Assembly: GCA_024231775.1 (NCBI GenBank)
Contig: JAAEQG010000440.1
Location: forward strand, 1-45,264
Direction: 5' to 3'
Source: a bacterium
GTDB taxonomy: Bacteria; Planctomycetota; Phycisphaerae; UBA1845
DNA: 45,264 bases
Shown: positions 27,219 through 35,611 of the stretch, in pieces
Layout of the letters: each line of letters opens with the position of its first letter
How positions within the stretch are numbered: position 1 is the stretch's first letter
Position numbers and translations under genes: made by a program
Notes under the pieces: generated by a model
What the model saw: only the letters and a program-made list of their open reading frames with translations
Told to the model about the DNA's origin: nothing
The model's database searches: none

Positions 27219-29639
27219 CTACGATGGCCCCGGAGGCTGCACTGGCGGAACCGCGGCACCAGCCCCTTGCTGGCGGGCGGTTTCCATCTGCTTCACCAGT
27301 CCCTCGGCGGCGCCGGCGGCTTGCGCGTCGCCGGCCTGGGTCGCCATTTCCTGGGCACGCTTCGCCATCGCAATCCCCTCGTCGAATCGTCTCCCGAGTC
27401 CATAGGCGACGCCCAGCCAATGCACCGCTCGGTAGTCCGCATAGCCCGTTCTTTCGCAGAAGCGCTCCAGCAGCCTCACTGCTTCAGCCGGGTTGCGGAT
27501 CTCCGCTGACGGGCACTGAGCCAGAAACATGGCCAAGTTCGCGATTGCCTGCTGGTCGTCCGGAGCCAGGGTCACCCCCTCGCGAAGCAGCCCCTCCGCC
27601 CGTACATAGTCCTCCGCCTGAACGTAGTACTGCGCCAGGGCCCCGCGCAGCACGGCGGACTGCGGAGTCGTCGCCAAGTGAGGCTCGAGGATCCCGGGTA
27701 GTTCGTCCGCCCGAGCCGCCGCGGTGAAGGCACGGGCCATATTCTGTACGCACTTCGGCGAGGCGGGGTCCAGTTCGAATGCGGCTTTGAGCTCCTCCGC
27801 CGCTTTGCTGAATTGCTGCTGTTGCACCAAGAGCATGCCCAGCCCGAAACGGGCCTCGAAATGCGCCGGGCTGTCCTCGACAATCCCCTCCAACAGTTGT
27901 CCCGCGGAACGAAAGTCGCCCCGCATCATCTTCACCGTTGAAAGCGCGTAGCGCATGCCGATTGACTCTGGGTGCAGCTCCAGACCTCTGGAGAAGGCCT
28001 CGTCCGCTTTGGCCATCTCCCCGGTGCGCTGGTAGGAGAGCCCCAAGTAGCGGTAGACCGGGAAGAAGTCAGGGTACTCGTCGGCGACTTCCACCAGCAG
28101 CTCGATGGTCCGTTCGATCTCGCCGAGCGCTGACAGGAGCAAAGCCATCTCGCACCGGTTCAACAGCGGAACCATGCGCTTCGGGTCCTCACGCTCCACC
28201 GGTCCCTTGCTCAGCCCCGCGTCACCCGCATAGCCCAGCCCAGCCAGCTTGGCCCGGTCCGCAGCACTCAGTCTGATCGTGGGCGCGCCCAACGCCGCAT
28301 TCTCTATCTCCGCCCCGAACATTCGCCCCAGCACCTCACGCAACTCCCCGGCTACCTCGGGTTGGGCGGTTGCGAGGTTGCGCAGTTCGAACGGGTCGCC
28401 AGCCAAGTCGTACAACTCGGGGTCGGGGCCGTGAATGTATTTGCGGTCTCCCTCAACCACCCCGAACAGCGCTGCCCAACCGTGTTGGAGCAACCCGTGA
28501 TACGTCTCGAAGAACACCGGGCGAGGCTCACCGAACGACGCCCGCGTCAGATCCGCACCGTCGATACCCTGGGGGGCTTCGACGTCCAGCAGCGCCAGCG
28601 CGGTGGGCATGACGTCCACCTGCGAAGCCCACCCCGGCAGGTGAACGCCTCCACCCAGACGCTGGCCGCAGTGCATGAGCAGGGGGACGCGCAGGGTGGC
28701 GTCGTACAACAGGTATCCGTGGGCTAGCTCGTCATGGTCGCCCAGCCCCTCGCCATGATCGCCCACGACCACGACCAGGGTGCGCTCCGTTACGCCGAGC
28801 TTCTCAACGGTCTCCATCAAGTGCCCCAATTGGGCATCGACGAACGCGATCTCCCCGTCGTAGGGATTGTCTGCGTAACGCTCCAGATACGTTTGCGGCG
28901 GAGCGTAGCTGGCGTGCGGATCGAAGTAGTGCACCCAAAGGAAGAACGGATCCGCGGAGTGCGCCTCCATCCACGCCACCGCCTGCACCGTGGTCCGATC
29001 GGCGGGACGTTCCTGAAAACGAGATGCTTCCGGGTCCGCTTCGTCATCAAGGTTGTCGTCGTAGTCGTCAAACCCCTGCGACAAGCCGAAACGTCGGTTC
29101 AACACGAACGCGGACAGAACCGCCCCCGTCGCGTATCCGCGCTCAGACAGCACTTCTGCCAGCGTCGAGAACTCCTCGTCCAGGTGGTAGAAGCCGTTGG
29201 TGCGCGCCCGGTGATGAACCGGATACAAGCCCGTCAGGATCGAGGCGTGGGATGCCAAGGTCGTCGGCGAGGTTGCCAGGGCGTGGGAGAACAGCACCCC
29301 CTCACGGGCCAGGCGATCCAGCGTCGGGGTCTCCACCGCGGTGTTCCCGTAGCAGCCCACCCGGTCGGCCCGCAGCGTATCGATCGTCACCAGCAGCAGG
29401 TTGCAGCCCTTCAAGGCGCCCGGTTCGGCGGGAAACTGCTCCGCCCTCGTAAGCCCCTCCGGGATGCGTATCTCCTGCCTGGGCACGGCTAACGCCGTCA
29501 GCCCCACCGGCTTATAGCTCTTCCAGAAGTGATGCCCGACGGCGGCGAGGACCAGGCAGATCCCCAAAGCCAGCTGCCACCGCGAACGTGAACCCCGCTG
29601 CGGCGGGACGGATTCCTCTGATGGTGTCTCGTTATTCAT
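27219..29639 (-). CDS. Sulfatase-like hydrolase with C-terminal TPR array (tandem paralog)
   Basis: VTIDTLRADR, PTTLASHASILTG, HYFDPH, GDHGEGL and LAGLGY motifs, then TPRs; N-terminal TM anchor. Confidence 0.88.
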   Translation of the reverse strand: MNNETPSEESVPPQRGSRSRWQLALGICLVLAAVGHHFWKSYKPVGLTALAVPRQEIRIPEGLTRAEQFPAEPGALKGCNLLLVTIDTLRADRVGCYGNTAVETPTLDRLAREGVLFSHALATSPTTLASHASILTGLYPVHHRARTNGFYHLDEEFSTLAEVLSERGYATGAVLSAFVLNRRFGLSQGFDDYDDNLDDEADPEASRFQERPADRTTVQAVAWMEAHSADPFFLWVHYFDPHASYAPPQTYLERYADNPYDGEIAFVDAQLGHLMETVEKLGVTERTLVVVVGDHGEGLGDHDELAHGYLLYDATLRVPLLMHCGQRLGGGVHLPGWASQVDVMPTALALLDVEAPQGIDGADLTRASFGEPRPVFFETYHGLLQHGWAALFGVVEGDRKYIHGPDPELYDLAGDPFELRNLATAQPEVAGELREVLGRMFGAEIENAALGAPTIRLSAADRAKLAGLGYAGDAGLSKGPVEREDPKRMVPLLNRCEMALLLSALGEIERTIELLVEVADEYPDFFPVYRYLGLSYQRTGEMAKADEAFSRGLELHPESIGMRYALSTVKMMRGDFRSAGQLLEGIVEDSPAHFEARFGLGMLLVQQQQFSKAAEELKAAFELDPASPKCVQNMARAFTAAARADELPGILEPHLATTPQSAVLRGALAQYYVQAEDYVRAEGLLREGVTLAPDDQQAIANLAMFLAQCPSAEIRNPAEAVRLLERFCERTGYADYRAVHWLGVAYGLGRRFDEGIAMAKRAQEMATQAGDAQAAGAAEGLVKQMETARQQGAGAAVPPVQPPGPS

Positions 29640-29700
29640 AAGCTCTCAGATATCGGCCATTCTGCGGCTGGGGATGCGTACCCGCCCGTGAGAAAGACCG

Positions 29701-29728
29701 ATTCTAGCGGGGGCGACAAGTCGGTCAA
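29701..29728 (-). promoter_or_regulatory. Sigma70-type promoter of the sulfatase-TPR pair
   Basis: Minus strand TTGACC-16nt-TAGAAT, about 60 nt upstream of the start. Confidence 0.5.
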
Positions 29729-30081
29729 CCCGGCCCGATAACGGGCCACGCTCGCCCAGGCCTGGTCTCACGAATTGTGCGACCATGTTTCATCCACATA
29801 CCCGCCCTGGATCCAATAACAGGCTGCTCGCGGTCCAGAGCGTCTCGCTGGTGCGCTTTGACAATGCAGCGTTACCCCTGGTGGGCGACGAGAAATGCGG
29901 ATCCTCCCATCGCCAAAGCAAATGAGCCGTTCGCCTGCAGTTCCGGTTGTCTGCCCCGCCAAGTCAAACGTCAGGTTCGGCGCATAAGTAACGCCCTGCC
30001 GCGAGTCGCGACAGGGCGTGGATTAGGCACAATTACCCCGGGCCGGCTGTCAGAGCAACCGGACCCGAGCAGTCGTCGCGC

Positions 30082-30741
30082 TTAGCGACGGCGAATCAGC
30101 GCCAAGGCGCCCATACCCAGCAGAGCCAGGGTCGTGGGCTCGGGCACGAAGGTGATCTCACACTTCATGTCCAGGTGATAGCCGGTTGTCGGGGAGTTCA
30201 GGTTCGGCACCGCCGAACCGGTGGTCCCGATGGTCGGAGCATCGATGCTGCCGAACCAACGGCCTTCCGTAATCGGATAGGCCCCCCCACCAACGACCCC
30301 GTTGTTCGCCCACATCTGGCAGTAGCCATCGGCGGGGACCAGGAACGGGGTGTTGATCGTGACCGTCCAGATCCAGTTCCCCGGATCGGGCAGTTGCGAG
30401 CCGAAGCCGCCCACGTACGCGCCGGTGGTGTCGAAGAACGTGAAGAATACCACACCGTTGCCACCAGCACCCGTAGCACCGCCAGCGAACTTGAACTCCG
30501 TAAGCCAGTTGGTTCCGAGAGTCTCCACGCCGTCGTAGTCATCCACTGCGACAACGCCGCCGAGAGTGCCACTCGATGCCGCCCAAGCTACCGTGAAATC
30601 CATGTTCGAGTAATTAGTCGTGGTCCGCAGGCCTGCGCCGGCGTCCGTCGTCGCAGTGTATATCGGGAGGTCACTACGCTCGGCCATCGCCGGAACCGCC
30701 ACGAAACCAACAATCGCTAATACGGCTAGTAATCGCATCAA
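30082..30741 (-). CDS. PEP-CTERM sorting domain-containing secreted protein
   Basis: Signal peptide ending AMA; C-terminal VPEPTTLALLGMGALALIRRR; GGAGGAG RBS. Confidence 0.93.
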   Translation of the reverse strand: MMRLLAVLAIVGFVAVPAMAERSDLPIYTATTDAGAGLRTTTNYSNMDFTVAWAASSGTLGGVVAVDDYDGVETLGTNWLTEFKFAGGATGAGGNGVVFFTFFDTTGAYVGGFGSQLPDPGNWIWTVTINTPFLVPADGYCQMWANNGVVGGGAYPITEGRWFGSIDAPTIGTTGSAVPNLNSPTTGYHLDMKCEITFVPEPTTLALLGMGALALIRRR

Positions 30742-31216
30742 AAAGTCTCCTCCAAAATCCTAATTAGAGAGCCACCAGCTCCACTCTGTTTCCTACAGAG
30801 CAGAACTCATGAGAGAGCCTCACTCACCATTCCAGCCCGCCGTTCCTACCAGACCGGCCCAAAAGGTGATGCCATTCGCCCTTCCTTATCCGCAGGAACG
30901 GCAAGCCTTCCCCGCGTCAGGGCCGCAAACCAGATGCCTCTATGACGCCCGGCACGTCAACACCGGACAACCACGTCCATCGCAGATGCAGGACCCACGC
31001 AGAGACGGTAATCTGTGCCCGTTCAGCGCCCGTCACAGCGCCAAAGAACACCCACTAAACACAACCCGCTGAGGTTGTGCCCAACCGCATCAACCAACCC
31101 GCTAAAGCCGATCCGCAGTCAGGTCTTAAGCCGAACCAAACCTCTCTCTGCTGGGGTCGATCAGGGTATCGATAAGACGTGATCGATTCCTTCCCCAAGT
31201 CCTCCCTATGTACGCT

Positions 31217-31245
31217 ACTCTATCAGGCTCACCACCGCCGGTCAA
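31217..31245 (-). promoter_or_regulatory. Sigma70-type promoter about 470 nt upstream of the PEP-CTERM gene
   Basis: Minus strand TTGACC-17nt-TAGAGT with extended -10 TG. Confidence 0.45.
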
Positions 31246-31422
31246 GGTTTTTCCACAGCCCCAGATTATTTTCCATCCAGCCTTGACCACCTTTCCACGG
31301 CTTCGCCCAGCCCCCCCCCAGTCATCCCCTGAAGCCCGCTATTTGGTGGGCGGGAATCGCCCAAGAACGGCGTCATCGGCGGACATTATAGGACCTTGCC
31401 GAACGAAGGGGGCGCAAAGGCG

Positions 31423-31443
31423 GACCCGGTTTAAGACCGGGTC
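31423..31443 (-). terminator. Hairpin immediately 3' of the tRNA
   Basis: gacccggt-cttaa-accgggtc (8-bp stem) followed by a weak T-tract (cgccttt) on the minus strand. Confidence 0.45.
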
Positions 31444-31446
31444 GAG

Positions 31447-31520
31447 TGGGCCCGGAGGGACTCGAACCCCCGACCCATCGATTATGAGTCGACTGCTCTA
31501 ACCAACTGAGCTACGGGCCC
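31447..31520 (-). tRNA. tRNA with CAT anticodon, most likely tRNA-Ile2 (lysidine-modified); CCA not encoded
   Basis: GGGCCCG/CGGGCCC acceptor stem with discriminator A; D-arm GCTCAGTTGGTTAGAGC; anticodon arm GTCGA-CTCATAA-TCGAT; T-loop TTCGAGT. Lacks initiator features (C1 mismatch, three GC anticodon pairs). Confidence 0.92.
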
Positions 31521-31726
31521 GTGATGGCGATCTCCTGCCAACGATGCTCCTGGACACCGGGGACGTGGTGGCCGGCTCTCAGGTGCGGGTCGGCAACCGC
31601 TCGCATACCCCCGGGGACGCCATGCACACGGACGGGAGACCGGGCATCCAGCCCATTCGTACCACGATGCCAGGCAGCCCGTCAATCCCTGAGCAAGTCC
31701 GCGGTGCCAGAGTTCGAGCCAGCCCC

Positions 31727-32761
31727 CTATGGTCCTCTAGTGGGGCGCCGCGAGCACCACGCTAACCACTCCAGCTTGAAGGCGTGCAGATTATCCGCCG
31801 ACACAGTCCGCGGCTTGGCCAGCTGCACTCGCCATTTGACCAGCGTGCCCTCCATCGCGGTGCCACATTGCCTCACGGCGTTCTGGGCGATTTCGTCGTA
31901 ATCGGCAGCCACCATGGCAAAGCACCCGCCCGTCGCCAAGTGCTCCCAGACCCCGGGGTGGGGGTCAGTGGTCACCAACCGAGCGGAGGGGGGGAGCAGC
32001 GGCTTTGCAGCGTCCAGCCCCCGCAGCGGCCAATTGTCGATCGCCACCCATCCATCCAGACGCGGAAACCGTTCCATGTACCGTCTGATCATGTCCTGGG
32101 CACGCTGGGCGTTCCCGCCGCAGTCGAACTCGCGCAGGACAGTTATCCCCGGATGCTGCCGAATCCGGACGATGAACGCATCGTATCTCCTGCGGGCGTA
32201 GTCCGACTTCGAGTTCGCGTGAATCACGCCGATCGTTCCCCGCTCCTCGAGCGCCTCCGCGATGGTGTCGGCCAGGGTCTCGCCGATCAGCATCGAATCG
32301 ACACCGCAGTGCATCAGGGATTGCACCGCGGATACGCGATGGATCATGGTCGTCACCGCGACCCCCTCGTTGACCAGCCGCTCCAGGTGAGGGGCGATCG
32401 CTACGGGGTCGATCACCTGCAAGCACAGGCCGCGCATCCCTTCGGAACGCAGCTCGCGCAGAAGACGAGCCTGAGCGTGGCTAGACACCATCGAGGGGGC
32501 GGCAACGCGGATCGGCACATCACCGAGGGTGTTCTCGAGACGCAACGCCGACGCACGCAACACCGGCCACAGGGGATCGTCCTGCCCAGCTCCGACTACG
32601 GCGATGAACCCGGCCGGCCGGCTCCAGGTGGGGGAGTCCTGGGGATCGCAGCCTGCCAAGCCCAGGGCCAACAGGGCGCACCCTACCACGCCTGGCCCAT
32701 GCCGCAGAACCGGTCCGAACCCGGTTGAGCGTTGCTGGAGTCGTTCTGCGCCAACAGCCAT
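31727..32761 (-). CDS. Periplasmic sugar-binding (type 1, RbsB/LacI-fold) lipoprotein without adjacent transporter genes
   Basis: LAGC lipobox; DPLW, Q..LLREL, GV.V.T, GVDS..IG, RR..AF and P.LDG motifs of Peripla_BP_4-like proteins. Confidence 0.72.
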   Translation of the reverse strand: MAVGAERLQQRSTGFGPVLRHGPGVVGCALLALGLAGCDPQDSPTWSRPAGFIAVVGAGQDDPLWPVLRASALRLENTLGDVPIRVAAPSMVSSHAQARLLRELRSEGMRGLCLQVIDPVAIAPHLERLVNEGVAVTTMIHRVSAVQSLMHCGVDSMLIGETLADTIAEALEERGTIGVIHANSKSDYARRRYDAFIVRIRQHPGITVLREFDCGGNAQRAQDMIRRYMERFPRLDGWVAIDNWPLRGLDAAKPLLPPSARLVTTDPHPGVWEHLATGGCFAMVAADYDEIAQNAVRQCGTAMEGTLVKWRVQLAKPRTVSADNLHAFKLEWLAWCSRRPTRGP

Positions 32762-32964
32762 GGAATGCGTCCGTACTTCAATCCGTGACGCCCCTCCCCC
32801 TGCGGAACACGCGCTCGTTTACCCCAAACCCACATACCGTGCAAGGCAGGGCAAGGCCAACGCTACATCAATGTCTTGCAGCACGTGCCGCCCTGTGCAT
32901 AATGGACTCGACGCCACCGGGACCGCATTCCGATAGGCCCAGCCAGGAGGTATCGAACAAGCCC

Positions 32965-33687
32965 ATGGGTGACATCCTCGACGCGCTGCAACGTCTTCAG
33001 GAGGCAGAGCGACAGCTTGGTGAACTGCGAAGTGGTGAGGAGGCCCGGCGCACCCAAGTCCGTGCATCCCAGCGACAGCTCGAAGAATGCCAACGCCAAT
33101 TGGACGACCGAGTGGATTCACTCCGCCGTCAGGATGTCGACATTCAGAGCGCCGAACTGGATGTCGCCTCCCGAGAAGAGATCATCAAGAAACACCGCGT
33201 AGCCCTGAACCAGGCCAAGACCAACAAAGAGTACGCCGCGGTGCTCACCACGATCAATACCGAGAAGGCTGACACCTCCAAGCTCGAGAGTCGGCTGCTC
33301 GAACTCATGGGCGTGCGCGACACCGCGCAGGAGGCGCACGATAAACAAGCCACCGAACAGGTCCGCCTGGGCGAGCGGCAGGCGCGCTGCGCGGCGAACC
33401 TCAGCGAGTACCTCGAACGGACTCGGGAGCGGATGGAGGAGCTGACCCGGGAACGTGCGGAAATCGCCGAGACGCTGCCTCCGACTGCGGTAGCCACCTT
33501 CGACCGCGCCGCGGAGCGGCATGAGGGAGAGGCTTTGGCTCCCGTGACCAAGACCAGCCCCAAGCGCGACGAGTACGTGTGCGGCGGGTGTAACATGGCG
33601 ATCACGCTGGAGACGGTCAACGCACTGTTCAGTCGTGATGAGGTCGTGCTCTGCAAGATCTGCGGTCGAATCCTGCACCGGGAGTAA
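32965..33687 (+). CDS. Coiled-coil protein with C4 zinc ribbon (DUF164 / CT398-like)
   Basis: L..LQ..E, KTNKEY.A...I, long coiled coil, CGGCNM and CKICGRIL; AGGAGG upstream. Confidence 0.88.
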   Translation: MGDILDALQRLQEAERQLGELRSGEEARRTQVRASQRQLEECQRQLDDRVDSLRRQDVDIQSAELDVASREEIIKKHRVALNQAKTNKEYAAVLTTINTEKADTSKLESRLLELMGVRDTAQEAHDKQATEQVRLGERQARCAANLSEYLERTRERMEELTRERAEIAETLPPTAVATFDRAAERHEGEALAPVTKTSPKRDEYVCGGCNMAITLETVNALFSRDEVVLCKICGRILHRE

Positions 33688-33980
33688 CCCCCACCACCAC
33701 CCCACAAAGGGAATCGCACGCCGGCCACCGAGGGTGGCGCGATCGCGCTGCGCCGACTCCCGTCAGCCTGAACGCCGCCAAGCACCGGATCGTGCGTAGC
33801 GATGAGTATGGGCCTTGCGGGAGGCGAGCTGCCCCGCGCACAGATTCGTTTGACCGGGCGGGAGCACCCGACCGATATTCATTAAGACGTACCGTGCGGA
33901 TGCGCCACTGGCATCGTTGCTGCACGGGGCGATCCGGAACGGTGGCAGCGCGAAGTGCCCGGCAGGGGAGTGGCTCGACC

Positions 33981-34667
33981 ATGAAACGCTTACTGCTTGT
34001 CTCGACCAGCCTGATGTGGGTCGGCTGGTCCCTCGGGTGCAGCACGGCGAAGCACGGTGTGCTCGGCGACCTGCCCGATCCAGTCTTCGCCACACGAGCC
34101 GCAGTCGCGCCGGTAGTGGTGCCGGCGATCGAACCCCGCAGAGAGAGGCCCCGGAACGCCTGGCGCGTTCCCCGCGGCTGGATGCCACCCTCGGGGGTCA
34201 GTTCGCGATGGACCTGCATTGTCGTCCATCACAGCGCCAGCTCGTCCGGCGGGGCAGAGGCCTTCGACCGACACCACCGCAACGTCCGCAAGTGGAGCGA
34301 ACTGGGCTATCATTTCGTCATTGGCAACGGAACCGACACCGCGGACGGCGAGATCGAGGTGGGCTCGCGCTGGAACAAGCAGAAGCACGGGGCTCACTGC
34401 AAGACGGCGAACAACCACTACAACAACCACGGAGTGGGCATCTGCCTGGTGGGCAACCTGAACCACCACCCGCCAACCCGGTCGCAAATGGACTCGCTGG
34501 CTCGGCTGGTGAACTTTCTCATGCGGGAATGCGGGATAGGCTTGAACGGCCTCCACACCCATGGAGGCGTCACCCGGCGAACGGAGTGTCCCGGAGCGCG
34601 ATTCTCGCTGGCGGCGCTGAAATCGCGTCTGCGGACCGAGGTAACGGCGGTCAGCCACCCGCGCTAG
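33981..34667 (+). CDS. N-acetylmuramoyl-L-alanine amidase (Amidase_2/PGRP) lipoprotein
   Basis: SLGC lipobox; IVVHHSA, LGYHFVIGNG, GAH, GICLVGN, H..V..TECPG zinc ligands. Confidence 0.88.
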   Translation: MKRLLLVSTSLMWVGWSLGCSTAKHGVLGDLPDPVFATRAAVAPVVVPAIEPRRERPRNAWRVPRGWMPPSGVSSRWTCIVVHHSASSSGGAEAFDRHHRNVRKWSELGYHFVIGNGTDTADGEIEVGSRWNKQKHGAHCKTANNHYNNHGVGICLVGNLNHHPPTRSQMDSLARLVNFLMRECGIGLNGLHTHGGVTRRTECPGARFSLAALKSRLRTEVTAVSHPR

Positions 34668-34966
34668 CGCCGCCTCCGGCGGGAGCGTTGTCGCGCCCAT
34701 GGGACTGCTGGGCGTTCCGGGCTGGTTCGCAGAGGCGTCAGCAACGAACTCCACCTCAGCCCCCCCCGGCCGCTGCCCTGCTCCACTCGACGCGGCAGAA
34801 GATATCGGATGTTCTAAACCGCAGCCGTTCCCCTTCCGATGTGTATCACACAGAAGCTGACGCGGTCCGATACGGCATGCGGATTGCGTGGGTCCGGGAA
34901 TTCGACTATCGTCCCGCCGTGAGCGGTTAATCCCGGCGGTCCGAGACCAGATGAGGAGCGAACGCC

Positions 34967-35188
34967 ATGGCGAAACAGGGCTTGAAGAGGCGCTTGCTGG
35001 GGTTGGTGACGGCGGCAGCGATGGGGGGAACGGTGTTCCAACTAGGAAGTTGTGACCCCACGGTGCGAACCACTCTCCTGACAGGCTTGGAGCAGACCAC
35101 GGCGAGTCTCGCCAACACGGTGATCACGGCGTTCTTCGTCAGCCTCGATGACGACACGACCGACTCGACGGGTCTTACCACACCATAG
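34967..35188 (+). CDS. Small (73 aa) exported or lipoprotein-like hypothetical protein
   Basis: GAGGAG RBS; basic N-terminus, hydrophobic stretch, FQLGSC, amphipathic helix and acidic tail; followed by hairpins. Confidence 0.65.
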   Translation: MAKQGLKRRLLGLVTAAAMGGTVFQLGSCDPTVRTTLLTGLEQTTASLANTVITAFFVSLDDDTTDSTGLTTP

Positions 35189-35611
35189 GCAATCGGGAGC
35201 CGGTCGGGCTCCTCAACCAACCGTTGTGGGGCGAAGTCTGGACTTCGCTTCTCCGCGGTGGGTTGCCATGCGCGGGGCGGGCCGGGCCGCGGATCGGAGA
35301 TGCCATTTGCGTGGCCACCGGGCTTTTCGCCAATCCTTACCCCAGGGGTTTCGAGCGCCCTACTGATCCAGTCGGGGGCACGAATGTGCGAAACTGTTGA
35401 TAATGAGGAAGCACACCTGACGGGGGCTGGTCTGAGCACCCCAAACAGCTTAAAATAGCCGCCGAGGCAGTGTGGGGTCGTATACGTGCGCGCCTTGACG
35501 GGCACCAAGGCTCCACAAGCCGCCATCGCCGGAGCGGAATGCGACGGGGAGGTACTTGGTGCGCCCGCGTGATCCGGCGGATGTTGATCGGCCTAGATCT
35601 CCGAATCCGAG

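Noticed and set aside
31390-31445. gggggcgcaaagg...cggtttaag resembling part of a c-di-GMP-I riboswitch
   Set aside because: The upstream GCAAA/GNRA element is missing, it points antisense into the tRNA, and the hairpin is better explained as the tRNA trailer.
24313-31520. Possible genomic island integrated at the tRNA 3' end
   Set aside because: No integrase, no duplicated tRNA 3' fragment seen, and no evident compositional shift.
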